Of a stretch of DNA of 64,000 nucleotides, positions 11,355 through 25,240 are shown piece by piece. Made by a program: the position numbers and the translations under genes. Position 1 is the first letter of the stretch; the number at the start of each line of letters is the position of its first letter. The notes under the pieces are model-generated. The model was not told the DNA's origin, did not search any database, and saw nothing but the letters and a program-made list of their open reading frames with translations. This stretch comes from Patellaria atrata CBS 101060 (taxonomy: Eukaryota): positions 186,001 to 250,000 of the forward strand of contig MU006100.1 in NCBI GenBank assembly GCA_010093705.1, read 5' to 3'.

Positions 11355-14300
11355 ATGGCGGCCTATTCTAATCGCATGTCTACTTACTCTAACGTCTCCG
11401 CCGGTCCTAGGCCCCAGAATCAAGCCTCAACACAGGTCTCAACCACAACCCTCCTTAACGCTCTCCACACCAGCTATACATCGAGCCAACCGTATTTCCT
11501 CGAGCCTAGTACAAGTTTAGTGGTCAATACTTGGGTAACTGCGGCGAACCTTGGGCCGGATGGTCGATACGGTGGGACAGTTGATGTCGAACTCGGACGT
11601 AAAGCTTGGGAACATGCTCGACGACGAGCAGAAGATGGATGCATTGTGCTCTGGTAAGCATAGCATCAAATGCGCATAAGCGGAAACCTACTTACACAAA
11701 ATTTACAGCAACCTACACGAATCCGCACCATGCCTCTTCGCTCCATTCATATCTGCTCTTCCATTATCCGTCCCAGCCGTTTTCTATACCTCCCTAGATG
11801 TGGTACGAGCATTCACTCATTGTGTAACCCCACACAATGCCTCTGCTCCGAGATACTCTTCACTTGGTGCCACATTTGCTATGTCATTAGCAGGTAATAT
11901 CACAGGGGCTTCCTTAGCTTTATCTACGTCAGGTTTAGATACCTCACGAGGATTGATCAACGTTCCCTCCGACCCTGGATACCGGGCCTTTGATGTCTTC
12001 TACTATCTCACTACAAGCTCTGCGTCACAGGCCGAGAGGGAAGCCCTCAACTTGAAACCTTTGTCTAGCTACTCATTACTCAACAAATCCAACACATATC
12101 GCCCACCCTCCTACCTGATCAGTGCCGACGATGAAGCGGCAGCTGAGGACTTCAGATCCAATCTTAGGGCTATCGGTATTAAGGGGAAGAGTATGCGTAA
12201 CCTTATCGCTGCGTTAACAGCACTTCTCAAACTTGGAGACTCCCTTGGGTTTCTCGTAGATCAGGAAGTTCTGGCCGACATTTGCCAGGAATGTGCGCCG
12301 TTTCTTGATCTCAGTCCAGAGGTGCTTCAAAATAAATGCGATACTCTAGAGCGCGAGGTCCTGATTTCTGCCATATACGAAGCTATTGTTGATTGGGTAA
12401 TTGCCCAAGCTAATATCGCCATTCGACAAGAGTTACGTGGAGCAAAAATCGATCTTTCATCCAGTGGTAGCGATTTCGACCGATCTGGAGCCGCCACTCC
12501 CAGGTCCAGCGAAGAAGATGGGGACACAGTTAGCATTACAGTTGTTGACATTCCTGACCCTACCCTTAGCAAGGCCGTTGCTCTAAGGAACGTATTTGAC
12601 GATACCCAAGGAATCAATCTGGAAATGAAAGAAGATGGGGTAGAAATCATACCAGCCGGATCTTCCGTTCTGAGGGAAATGAACGCTGCAATTGCTGCCA
12701 GTGAGGCCGATCTGGGTATCTCTTCTGGGCCTCTCGGACGCGAGCGCGAACTGGAGCGCGACCGTCGAGAGGGAGTGCTTGAAAAGCTAGTTCACCACAT
12801 GCCAGACGGAACGCTAACGAAAGAGATTCTGCTGCCAACAGCCGGGGAAGGAATTGTACTAGGAAAACATGGACGTTTTGAGTTACCCGCAATCCTCAGT
12901 AGCAGCCGTGTCTGGTTTCAGCTTTCATTGCATCCTACTGATGAATCTCCTGCAAATCTAGCTCACGCCGCGTCCACGACCTCGGCATGGTCGGCTGCCT
13001 CGGTTTCTAGCCAGTTAAGGACCTGGAGACTTCCAGAATGGTCCAACCGTCGAAATAAGAATCTCGAATTCACCGCCGATTTTGATCTGGATGAATTTAT
13101 CCAACGGTACTCCCGTCTCGGTTGTAAAGAGGGTAGAGACGGTGTTGAAAGCTGGGCTATGGAACGCGGCTGGAGTAACGGCGAAGTGGTTATCGGCAAT
13201 GAGCGCATTTGGATTCGAGAGAGCGCATGGTGGGAAGCGGAAACCATGCTGGACCTCAAACCGATCGAAGATCCCTCGCCAGCTAACATGCTAGGTGGTT
13301 TGGTTGGAGCTGCAGGCATGGAAAGTGGCTACTCAGTTCAAAGCCCCGGTCTTGGAGGTGGATTCTTCGGACCCCAATATCATGATGAGCCTACTCCCCA
13401 AGGCAGCCGTGACAATCTTCTTCAACGCCAGCAAAGCTCAGCTACTATGAACGGAGCTCGAAGCGTTCTCGGAGCTCGTTCACTTGCACCTACTGCTGCC
13501 CGCACAATGCACAGTGCTGGTGGTGGCGATTACGGCCTAGGTCGCAGAGGTGACGATTACAAAGGGGATATAGCATATGATGGCTTCGATCCAGAACTAG
13601 CTGATGGCAAAGTGGTTGAAGAACAACCTATATCAGGCACCCGAAAGATTTGGGTCGCGATTGTATGGGCATTGACCTTCTGGATTCCGTCGCCCCTGCT
13701 GTCTTTCGTTGGTCGTATGCGCCGACCGGATATTAGAATGGCTTGGAGAGAAAAGGTTGTTCTCGTCTTCGTCATTTTCTTGATCAATGCCGCCATTGTC
13801 TTCTACATCATATTTCTAGGACGGTTATTGTGCCCGGATCGCGATAAAGTATGGAACGAGAAAGAAGTTTCGTACCATCAGGGTAAAAATGATTTCTGGG
13901 TAAGTCATCGTGGAGTAGTGTACGATATATCAAGCTTCTGGAGGCAACAACACAGCGACATCAATGTCAAAGTGACCGACACCGTCATGGAGGGCATCGC
14001 TGGAAAGAGTGTCGACAACTATATTGTACCTCCATTGACTTTAGCTTGTCCCGGGCTCGTAAAAAACCCAAGTCTACAACCTCTTCAGTTCAATACCAGT
14101 CTAGAGCAACGTGAGGCTGTGCATATATCTGGCAAGCTGCAACCGGATATTTCCAGCGAACTCCACCATGACGATTGGTACTCAAACAGGTTCTTACCCA
14201 GGATGCGAGAATATAGGAAAGGAAGACTCGTAATTTCAGAAAAGAAGATCAGAAGAGAAGGTAGGAATGACCGTCACATGTGGTTCACAATGGGAGATAG

Positions 14301-16813
14301 GGTTTACGATTTGACGGATTATTTCCATACCATTGAATCGGTACCTGGCTTTACGGAGTACGAATTTCTTGATCCTAAGCTTGTTGAGATCGTACAAAGC
14401 AATCCTGGAGGCGATATTACCGAAGACTTCCGGAGCAGATTGAACAGGACTGCAAGGCGTGACAACCTCGAGTGTCTCAGTCAGCGATTTTACGTCGGTA
14501 GGACTGACATCAGAGACACCCCGAAGTGTCAAGTAAACAATTGGCTCTTACTTGCATTCACGCTCGTCATCTGTGCCGTCATTCTTGTAAAGTTCTTAGC
14601 TGCTCTTCAGCTCGGTTCAAAGCGTCGTCCATCCCCTCAAGACAAATTTGTCATCTGTCAAGTTCCTGCTTATACCGAAGGAGAGGACCATCTCCGAAAA
14701 GGCCTCGATTCTTTAACGGCATTAGCATATGACAATAAGAGGAAGCTAATCTGCGTTATCTGCGATGGTATGATTGTTGGTGGTGGTAACGATCGTCCTA
14801 CCCCGAAAATCGTCCTCGACATTCTTGGTGTCGATCCTAAGATTGATCCTCCTGCTTTACCGTTCAGGTCTGTAGGACAAGGTAGCGAGCAGCTCAACTA
14901 CGGCAAGGTTTACTCTGGTCTCTACGAATATGAAGGCAATGTCGTCCCATACCTTGTCGTAGTCAAGGTTGGAAAAGAGTCTGAGCAGGGCAAGTCAAAG
15001 CCTGGAAATCGCGGCAAGAGGGATTCTCAAGTCCTTCTCATGAGCTTCCTCAATCGTGTCCATCACCGCTCGTCTATGAACCCTCTTGAGCTTGAAATGT
15101 TCCACCAGATTAACAATATCATCGGTGTGGATCCTGAGCTATATGAGTACCTCTTCATGGTTGACGCCGATACTATGGTCAAAGAAGATTCGCTCACACG
15201 CCTGGTTGCAAGCTGTGCCAATGACGCTAAGATTGCCGGTATTTGTGGAGAGACTAGCTTGGAGAATGAAGAACGCAGTTGGTGGACTATGATTCAGGTC
15301 TATGAATACTATATCTCCCATCACCTGGCTAAGGCGTTCGAAAGTTTGTTCGGGAGTGTTACCTGTTTACCTGGATGGTATGATAAATCTCTTCCCTCCT
15401 CCACACATTGACTCACAAAATTACAGTTTTTGCATGTATCGACTTCGCACAGCGGACAAGGGTAGACCTCTGATCATCTCTGATAAGGTCATCAACGAAT
15501 ATAGCGACATATATGTCGACACCCTGCACAAGAAGAACCTACTCTCGTTAGGAGAAGATCGTTACCTCACCACGTTAATGACAAAGCACTTCCCACAAAT
15601 GTCCTACAAATTCGTTCCAGATGCCAAGGCTCAAACGGCTGCCCCTGAGACATGGAGCATTCTCCTTTCCCAGAGACGTCGTTGGATTAATTCCACCATT
15701 CACAATCTCTGCGAACTCGTCTTCCTCAAAGATATGTGTGGCTTCTGTTGTTTCAGCATGCGTTTCGTCGTCTTCATCGATCTCACCGGTACCATCATCC
15801 TCCCCGCCACATGCGTCTACCTCGGTTACCTCATCTACACCGTCTCAAGCGGAACGGGTCAGTTCCCCATGATCTCCATTGTCATGTTAGCAGCGGTATA
15901 CGGTCTCCAAGCCATCATCTTCATCATCAAACGCCAGTGGCAACATATCGGCTGGATGATCATTTATCTCATCGCGTTCCCGGTATACTCCTTTGCACTT
16001 CCCATCTACTCCTTCTGGAAACAAGACGACTTCTCCTGGGGCAACACTCGTATTGTCATCGGCGAAAAGGGTAATAACAAGATAGTCGCTATTGCTGAGG
16101 ACGAGCGCTTCGACCCCCGCTCGATCCCGCTTCAAAGATGGGACGACTACGCCACCGCTAACAACCTCCCCGGCCGCCGTGGTGTCCTTCCCGGCGCCAT
16201 CAGCGAAAAAGGCCGCGCTACTGTCTATGAAGATGGTGGATTTGAGATGGACGATATGCAGAGCTTGTACGGCTCTGTTAAACCGGCCTCAACCATCCTG
16301 ACAGGCTTCCCCGGTGGTGGACATATGCCACCCCAGAGCCCCGCTTTTGGAGGCCTGACAAGGCAAAGCACATATAGCAACTTCAATCGGTATACCGATA
16401 ACCCAGTAGATGCGCAGCAAAGCAGACTTATGAGCATGGGCAATATGTCCGACGTCTATGCGCAAAACTATCCCTACGGTCAGCATCGCCCGAGTATGGG
16501 AAATCAGCTCCAGTCGTCCGACAACCTTATGACAGGCCATGCCCCGACACCACCACTCAACCGAGGTAGATCGCCGCTGGGCTTCCAGTCAAGGCCACAG
16601 AGCACGGTCAACTTCATGGGTGGGCCGGCACAAGGTCCAACAGATGCCATGATCACTGAGGCGGTTCAGGCGTGTCTGAGGGAAGTCGACTTGGACAATG
16701 TGACTAAGAAACAGCTCAAGGCGCTCGCCGAGCAGAGGTTGCAGACGCAGCTGTCTGGTGAAAGGAGGATATTCTTGGATCAGACAATTGATTTCGAACT
16801 GGCGAATATGTAA
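11355..16813 (+). CDS. csmB: Class VII (Aspergillus class VI) chitin synthase with degenerate myosin motor-like domain
   Basis: Exons 11355-11653, 11709-15377, 15427-16813. Short myosin-like N-terminus without a P-loop, [30 protein letters not shown]. Head-to-head with the class V gene. Confidence 0.97.
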
Positions 16814-17302
16814 GGGAGGAAAGGAAAGCGTGTAGTCGCATTTTACGGACGGAAAATATTGCATTAATATTGGGAGTTCTGTGTTTTGATTTATGAGTGG
16901 GAGATTTGTTTCTATGCTTTTTTCTGTACACGTTCCTTTGGATGAGAGGGGGGTTGTGTACTCCGTGTGTAATGATCTATGTGTATATATTTATTCCTAC
17001 AAATAATCTCTCCAACGATAGTTGATGGGCTTTAATTCACGCTATATCTATTGTAGTGTGAATATCTTACTGAGACTGTAATCCCACCACTTCCATTAAC
17101 GTCTGGTCCACACGCGTCTAGGGTCCGTGCATAGCTTCAACGTCCAGCTCAGAGCTCCCGCCGCAATCCCCGAAGCCATAAGCCTGGATATCATCCCACC
17201 TCACCCCGAAGAAAATACACCCCTAGATACCCTCTTCTCGTCCTCTATACCCCTTTTCTCTCTATATCTCGTCAGATATTTCCCCTCTTTGTACTCTTCA
17301 CC

Positions 17303-18617
17303 ATGGCTCAAAAGAAAATCGAACAATGGGAAGTAGAGCGGTACTGGGAGATCTTCAGCTCGCTCTCAAACGGGGGAACGCACCTCAGCGGCTCACAAGC
17401 AGCGACAGTACTAAAGAACAGCCAGTTAAGAGATGATCAGCTAGAAAGGGTGTGGGACCTCGCGGACGTGGACGGAGATGGTAGTCTAGATTTCGAGGAA
17501 TTCTGCGTCGTTATGAGGTTGGTGTTTGATCTGGTGAATGGGGTATGTTCCTGCCGAATCTTCCTGTCTTCTGAACTACGGAAGGTTGCTTTTCAATTTG
17601 TGTATAGTTTGGGGAGAATTCCAACGCATAGGCTGACTAAGTTCTCAGGATTTGGCAGACGTACCACAAACGCTCCCCGACTGGCTCATCCCGGAATCGA
17701 AAGCGCACCTCGTCCAAGCCTCGCGCGCCCTCAGCGGCTCACAACCCCAATTCGAGCGACCCCCCTCCCCCGAGGACGACGCGCCCGGCCTCAAAGACGG
17801 CTTCGACTGGTACATGCCACCATCCGACAAATCGAAATACGAAGAGATCTACGCCGCGAACAAAGACTCCCACGGTGACGTCTCTTTCGAATCCCTCTCG
17901 CCCCTCTACGCCTCCCTCGACGTCCCCGACACCGACATCAGCAGCGCCTGGAACCTCGTCAACCCGAGCGCCCGTGAGGCCGTAGGCAAAGACGCCTGTC
18001 TGGCCTTCCTCCACATCCTCAACAACCGCCACGAGGGGTTCCGCATACCCCGCTCCGTCCCGGCGTCCCTCCGCGCCACTTTCGAAAAGGGCAATATAGA
18101 GTACAACATCGAACGGGTGCGGTCGCCGGCCCAGCGTTGGGGCACCTCCGGCGACACCGACACGGCCACCGGCCGCAAGGCTCGCTTCGGCGATACGTAT
18201 CTCTCGCGTCTCGGGGTCGGGGACCGCGCGGCATACAGGCCCAAGGGGACCGATTTCTCGGCTACGCGCCAGGACGCCGAGTGGGAAGAGGTGCGGCTGA
18301 AGAAACAGCTTAAGGAGCTCGAGGGGAAGATCGCCGCGGTGGAAGAGGCGGCGGAGAAGAGGAAGGGGAAGCGGGATTCGCGGCCAGCGCTCGTCAAACG
18401 GGAGCTCGAGCAGCTGCTCGATTATAAGAGGCGGGTTTTGAGGGATTTGGAGACGGGAGAGGGCAGGGGCAGGGATGCGGAGAATGTGAGGGGCGTTAGG
18501 GAGGATGTGGATGTTGTTCGGGAACAGGTTGATGGGCTGGAGAGACATTTGAGGGGGAGGGAGGAGAGGCTGGAGGAGTTGAGACGGTTGGTTGAGGAGG
18601 AGAAGGTGGGGAGGTGA
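17303..18617 (+). CDS. end3: EH-domain endocytic protein End3/SagA
   Basis: Exons 17303-17542 and 17649-18617. Two EH domains ([25 protein letters not shown]) and a C-terminal coiled coil ([11 protein letters not shown]). Confidence 0.95.
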
Positions 18618-19292
18618 TTCAGATATGCGGTTGGGGAGGATGGGGAGACGAGGGGGATTTGTATTGTACACTACCCCCATTACTATCGTACAATTGCACA
18701 GCATGGCATTTTCAACGATTTCCGATCATCTGAAACCACCATCTCCCTTAGCGTAGATAATATCATTGCATGAGATATCCGATACACCACCACCGCCACC
18801 ACCACCACCTCTACTGTCCCTGAAACCACCCAAAAGGGGGGAGATAAAGACCATTCTGCTTTTCGTTTGTCGTACCTGCTAATATAGCTCGTTTAAGCGT
18901 GTGGTTTGTTGTTTGTTATATCCGGTTTCAGAACCCGTTTTAGAAATAACTATTCAGCTATCTACTACTTACCACAATACGGCTACCTCGGCAGCGTCCA
19001 GACTCGGTGTGGTTCCGATATCTAAGTTAGAACTAGAGGTTTCGTGTGGGTGTATGTTAGGTCTGGGTCTAGTTATGGGGTTTGGATATATGCACTCTCA
19101 GAAGGGAAAGTGCTAGAGGTTAGGTTGGGTTTACGGTGTCGTGAAGAACAGAGTCTGAAGTCGGTTTTATAGGGGGTTAGGAGCGAGGGGAAGGATAAGG
19201 GTTTGGGTATATTGGATTGACGTGATTACCTGATAGGTAGATGTTGTGCTGGATAGGTATAGTTGTTAGTTGATCGGTGGGCGTTGAGTAGA

Positions 19293-19463
19293 TAAGTTAT
19301 TATACCAGCGATTATGTAGGCTAGGTTAAGATAATACACCGACAGTTATATATCTTAGGTTAAGGGATTATACTGATGATTGTGTAGGCTAGGTTGATAT
19401 CCTAAGCCAACAATAATGTACCCTAGGCAGATATTCTAAACCAATAATTATGTAGGCTAGGTT
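19293..19463. repeat. Degenerate 34-bp tandem repeat, about 5 units
   Basis: TGTAGGCTAGGTT at 19315, 19383 and 19451 (68-bp spacing), with variants TATATCTTAGGTT at 19349 and TGTACCCTAGGCA at 19417. Confidence 0.8.
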
Positions 19464-19940
19464 CCTTTGTATTAAATGCTAGAACACTATCAGTAACCCA
19501 CTTTACAATTAAGATGGAACAGTCCCTAGTCGCGAGAAGTCCACTTAAATTGGTATTGCGGAGGACGCATAGTATTTTACTGTCTGCGAGGAGTTCAATC
19601 GTAACGCTCTCCCGGAGCCCGGTGATCTGAGCAATAGTCCATCGGAGACCTTGGTGTCCATAGGGGTGTTGTTCTTGCAATTCCACGGGTCGTGGTTTGC
19701 GATCCGTTGTTTAATCGAGAAGTAAAATACACCATTAACCTATCCGAACACCTGCTTAAGAGCATATAGTAGTAACGAGGTACCTGATAACGTAACCCCT
19801 TTCTGACATGTAGGACTCAACATTTTACCATCCGTTCATCACCTGTTTGTATTCTCATCCACGACCTTTATCTCAAACATCGCGGGTAGTAAACCTGCAA
19901 TGGTCTGAAACACTATTCCAGTAGGGGTTTTCGCTGTAGG

Positions 19941-22900
19941 CTAATCTGATCCCCCGCTTCCACGCGCCTTCGTCCGTCCCTGAACCTCAACCAAACCCCT
20001 AAACATGCTCCCATCCGTGTCCATCAACGTCCGCGGATCGCCAACTTCAGCAATCCTCCCCGCATCCATGACAACCACGCGGTCAAAGTCTAGAATAGTA
20101 TCGAGTCGGTGGGCGATAGCGATGATTGTGCGGTCTGCGAAGCGGGTCCGTAGGATACGCTGCATGAGTGCATCTGTGGCGGCATCGACGCTGTTATGTA
20201 AGTCAGTAATAAACCACTGGTTCAGGAAAGGAGCCCCCCGTGAAATACCGTATAAGGGGGCATAGTTCTGAAATACTCGTACTCACCTGCTCGTTGCTTC
20301 GTCCAAGACCACAATCCTTCCCTCCATCACCATCGCTCTAGCCAGACAGAACAATTGTCTTTCCCCCTGGCTCAACATCCCCTCCACATTGTCCAATTTC
20401 ACATCTAACACGCTCTCCTCTTCCTTCTTCGCGAGCACTAGTTTTTCCCACAAGCCCACTTCCCTCAATGCCTCTACCATTTTCGAGTCGGGGACCCCGG
20501 GTCTAGAGACAGTCCGCTCCCGCCACGGTGTAAGGTTTTCTCTCACGCTACCATGAAGGAAAAGGGGGTCTTGTGGAAGTGCCACGATCTTTGAGCGTAG
20601 TACTGCGAGCGGTATGTTAGACGTCGGTACATCATCGATTAGAATCTCGCTGCTAGAAGGATTGGGCTGGTGTAAGAGGCCGAAAAGCGTGGCGACGAGA
20701 GTGCTCTTTCCGCTGCCAGTGCGGCCGCAGATACCTATCTTTTCACCAGCGGCAATACGGAGGTTGAGATCCTGAAGAACAGGTGTGGCAGTGGGACTAT
20801 AAGATGCTGTGACATTTCTGTATTCAAGGGCACCATGAGTAGGCCAGGTAAGCGGAGGAGGGGGCTGTGAAGTATCCCGTTCTTCGGAAGGTGTCGTATT
20901 TACAAATGAGCGGATACGAGCAACAGCACTCAGGGATGTTTCCAGATCGGTCCAGCTAGTGATCAAAATACGGATCTCGAGTCCGAGATCCATGATGCTT
21001 ACGAGTGCAAGACCGAGAAAACCCGGGTCGAGCTTATCGCGTAGTGGAATCGCGAGACCGACGAGCAATGTTGCGATTCCGGCGACCATCAGCTCGAGAA
21101 CGAGCTTGAGCCAGTTCTGGATGGCAAGAAGGAGGTAGAATGGAATGTTCGACTTATCCAGGAGTGTTTCGCTCTGGCGCTTGTACGCCTCAGACCAGCC
21201 AAATGCACGTACGGTAGAGATACCAGAAAGCGTTTCGAGGAAGTGAGTACAGAGAGGTGATTTCGCTTCGAGGTCCATCAGACGTACTTGGCGGGAAGTG
21301 CGCAGGTAGACTCTTTGAATAAGCCATGCGACAGCAAGTAAAAATGGGATGACAGCCGCTATGGGTGGTGTTGCGATAATAAGAACACAGAACTGTGCAA
21401 GCATCTTGAACGCTTCACCAGAGACATTTATCCAAGAGAAGGGAAGCATAATATCAACGATTATCATATCTTGAGAGAAGCGGTTCGTGATACTTCCAAT
21501 GTCGGTCGTGGTTATAAAGGAGAAAGTTGCACGCATAAGGGTATCCAACTGCTTGCCATGTAATGCAAGACTAGAGTTAGGGATTAAACGGATGGCGAAG
21601 TGTCCAATCCAGAAGCTGACGAAGATGAAATCCAGCACTGTGATAGCTCCAAGGATACCGATATTCTGAGAAACCGCAGAATGAGTAGAGTTGTCAGATG
21701 CAGCCCAGATCTTCAGGAAGATGACTGTAAAGAATTAGCCAATTTAGGATCACAATGGGCCACTGATCTGTGTACAACCCTAGAATCGATACACATACAC
21801 CCCTCCGTTCGGATACATGTACATCTTCCATCAACCAATTGGGCCGTTTATCATGCTGAAAGATACACTAAGCAACCCATACTGTACAAGTGCACTATAG
21901 GATTAGAACTAGCCTTTGAAGCATTTCATGGAGTAGTTGATAGCAAAGTGCGACTGTACTAGACGACTGCCGATATAAGCCACGATTGGTTGAGACAGGT
22001 GCGTGCGTGTACATCAAACGAAGAGAGTGTACTTTGTATCAAAACTGAGGTGATGTACGCAGACCGTAGGTCTCATGATTAGGAGAAAAGACTTACATTG
22101 AGCCGCAGTTGCCCCAGCACTGATAACCGTATTGAGCATGTATAGAATGACATCCGGTTTCCCAATGGCGTCTAAGAAGTAGAGCAGACATCTTATGTCA
22201 CCAGATCTGCGGTCGAAATCATCACCAACTGGGTCCGCTGATACCGGGGGATGTCCTATTTTAGTTGATTTAAGCACCTCCCACTCTTCGTCAATGATAT
22301 CTTCATGGGTGAATATCTCTTTCTCGGCGTCTTGTTCCTCTCGCGACGATCTGCAGATCTCCGGAAGATATATGGACTTAGTCGAGATTTCTGCAAAAGT
22401 TCCCTGCTCGACAATCCGCCCGGATGACATAATCACGATGTTATCCGCTTCAGTGCTCAGCCAATGTGTCGAATGTGTAGCAAGAATGATGGTTGCGTTG
22501 CATTTCCTCAAGATTCCATTTCGGCCAAAAATACGCGTGAAGACGAGCTTTTCCGTTGTACTATCGAGCCCAGACAGTACATCATCGATGACTAACGTCG
22601 ACTTCCTAGAATAGACCGCTCGAGCTAAAGCTATTCGATTCTTCTGTCCACCACTTAAGGTGATCCCCTTGGAACCAACCATGCTCTGATCACCAGCCTT
22701 CAATTCTTCAAAGTCTTGACGGAGACCACAGCACCATATGACCCGGTCATACCACCCATGGTCGTATAGATCCTCCCCCACAATATTGTCACGGATCGAA
22801 GAGTTCCGGAGCCATGGTGTTTGCGCGCAAAAAGCAATTCCCATCTGAGATTCCTCGACCGTTCCCTTGATAAGTATGGTTTCCCTTACCAAAGAGTGAA

Positions 22901-25240
22901 GAAGGACAGATTTTCCAGAGGCCACTTTACCAACAATCATTGTGAAAGATCCGCTGGGAAGACTGAGGTTAATGTCGGATATAAGGGGCTTCCCCGACTC
23001 GATCTCAAATGAAGCGTTCCTGATCTGGACAACATATGGTCTATGTTGCGGAGCAGGCGATTTGTTCATGTCTTCTAGTTGAATAGATAAATTGCTTGTT
23101 GATCTTTTATCTGAGCTAGTAGGTTCTTTATCTATAATAGGGCCAGCTAGGTACTCTTGGACCCTTTCTAGGGAAGCAAGCCCGTTTTGAAATCGCGGTA
23201 TATGCTGTAGTGTACCAAGTAGTGGTGTTGTGCTGAGCCGTAATGCGGATACCGATGTAAACAACGTAGTGTAGTAGAACCTACCACCGCTGTAAAGCTT
23301 GATGAGAGCGTAGCAGGTAAACGTGGTAAAGACCGTCAGTTGAAAAAGCACGTTTGCTACCAATATGTCAGCACTCGGCTCTACCTTTCATCAGATACTG
23401 GTACCTACACCCTACAAAGACCCAAAGTAGTAACTTTCGGATGTGTCTGGAAACAAGACCGTTTAGTCCTGAAGATCAACCACGTTAGACTACACTGACC
23501 TAGATTTTTCGACCTCATCCTCCCTTAGGTTCGTTAACGTATCCCGGACTGTCTCAACTAGACCCAACATACGGATACCTTTTGTCGCAGCGGTACAATG
23601 TGATATCGTTGTTACCCTTTTTTCCGTAGCAGCCATCCATGCTTCTTGTCGAGGCTTGATTATTTTAGAAACATATAGGCAGACAGCACTCACGGTAAGA
23701 ATCGTAACCAATGCAGCTATGAAAGCGACACCAAGGCGAGTATATAGAATATAGAACCCAAGGCAGGAACTAATGAATACCGCTAGTACTGTTAGTAGTC
23801 TCAAAGCATGGGGGATGGCCTATGCGTACCCCAGAAGTCGTGCATGTACCTCGTAGCATCTACAACTTTTTCCACGTCGACGTTCATGAGTACCGTACTA
23901 ATTGGACGTCACTACACGTAGTTCGGAAAAATAAATGTACTAAGAATTAGAGAATTCGAGATACATACGCAGAGCTCATATGGATCGCACTTGGGTGTGT
24001 CTGTAGCGTTTTGTCATAGATAGTGGAGATAATACATGCACGAAGCTTTGTACTGAATCTAGCGACCGCTTGAGAATGCCATGTGCTCGTAATAGCATAG
24101 AGCGTATAATTAAGTGCAAATGCAGCAACAAGACCATAACCAATATTCTTACTGTACCCTTCGGCCCGCTGAACGAAGGACACCATTGATGCTATAAGAA
24201 ATGGCTGAGCAACTTCGGTTCTTGGAAAGTTAGCGTATTGGCTGCGATGTTGTATGATTCGACTCACCCGATGAACAGAACTCTAGGTAGCACTGGAATT
24301 AACAAATCACGTCCAAGAGTCTTGATAATGACGCCTATCAAGGCGTTTTTGCGGTTCTTGTCCGGTACTGATTTCCAGGCCTTCTGAAATCTCTCTTTCA
24401 TAGCTTCAGAAGTCAAATCTTCATCGATGGAATATAGATCATCTGGAGTGAGAACCTTCCGATAGCCCCTGTATCGGTAAGCAATGAAGTGTACCATGAG
24501 TGAAACAAGATCAAGCTTACTCCTTGAAAAGATCATTCATCCACCAAAAGAATCTCTCAGCAAACAAACCAGTTGTCTCTTCAGGGGCAAGTTTCCGATC
24601 ATTGTCAGCCGCTAAAAGCTGCCTCTTATCTAAGGACTCAAAAAGGAGAAGGATTCCAGTTAAGAATGTATGTACGGAAGCAGATGCGAGAAGGGATGGC
24701 GGAAAAGCCATTAAGAATAGAGTTCGGAGTCGCACAACATCACATATAAGCATAACCAAGAGAAAGAATTGGAGGAGATGACTGGGCCGAACAGCCTTTT
24801 GATGCTCAGCCCGTGAGAGCAGTAGGACGGTAATAGAAGCTAAAAACTCTAAACATGCTGAAGCAATAGACGTATTTGTTCTGTATGAATTGAGTTCACT
24901 CCAGAGAATAAGTAGAAGAACGGAAGAGACTGCATATAAGGTGCTCGCAACCTAACATATGTTAGTTCGACTGTATGGGTCAAAAATTGAAACCTAACAG
25001 GTATACGAGGGTTTTCTGAATATCACTAACAAGTTTGATGAAACCCAGATGAGATCCTTTTGCCACTCTTCTCCTCCTCTTCCGTAATGTTATCAATCGT
25101 AAGGGGCCGAGCAAGAGGAGCAAGCTCTGAGGTAACAACCCGAGCACGCTTTCTTCAAATAGAAGTGTAAAGTCAAATCCATCTCTGCAGTTTCCTGCCC
25201 ATGGTCCAAAGGAACTATCGCTGTGACAAGCTTGGGCCAT
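19941..25240 (-). CDS. ABCC/MRP-type ABC transporter (multi-exon)
   Basis: N-terminus MAQACHSDSSFGP...FDFTLLFEESVL. NBD1 GKVASGKS/LSGGQ/LVIDD; NBD2 GRTGSGKS/LSQGE/VVLDEATS; C-terminal IAHRL. About ten introns; those checked join in frame (e.g. 25030-24952, 22096-21725, 20286-20191). Confidence 0.93.
21798..22029. mobile_element. Putative MITE (non-autonomous, Tc1/mariner-like) inside an ABC-transporter intron
   Basis: About 55-bp imperfect terminal inverted repeats (left CACCCCTCCGTTCGGATACATGTAC...TCAACCAATTGGGC; right reverse-complement CACTCTCTTCGTTTGATGTACACGCAC...TCAACCAATCGTGGC). TA flanks both ends (21796-97, 22030-31). It lies in an unusually long 372-nt intron. Confidence 0.7.

Noticed and set aside
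3633..16813. Head-to-head myosin-chitin synthase pair as a novel system
   Set aside because: Well-described arrangement (csmA/csmB, chsV/chsVII) in filamentous ascomycetes.
17739..18704. 321-aa minus-strand ORF
   Set aside because: Antisense shadow of END3 exon 2, with no recognizable motifs.
19293..19463. Regularly spaced 13-bp repeats suggesting a CRISPR-like array
   Set aside because: The intervening sequences are themselves diverged copies of a 34-bp unit, the context is eukaryotic, and no cas genes are present.
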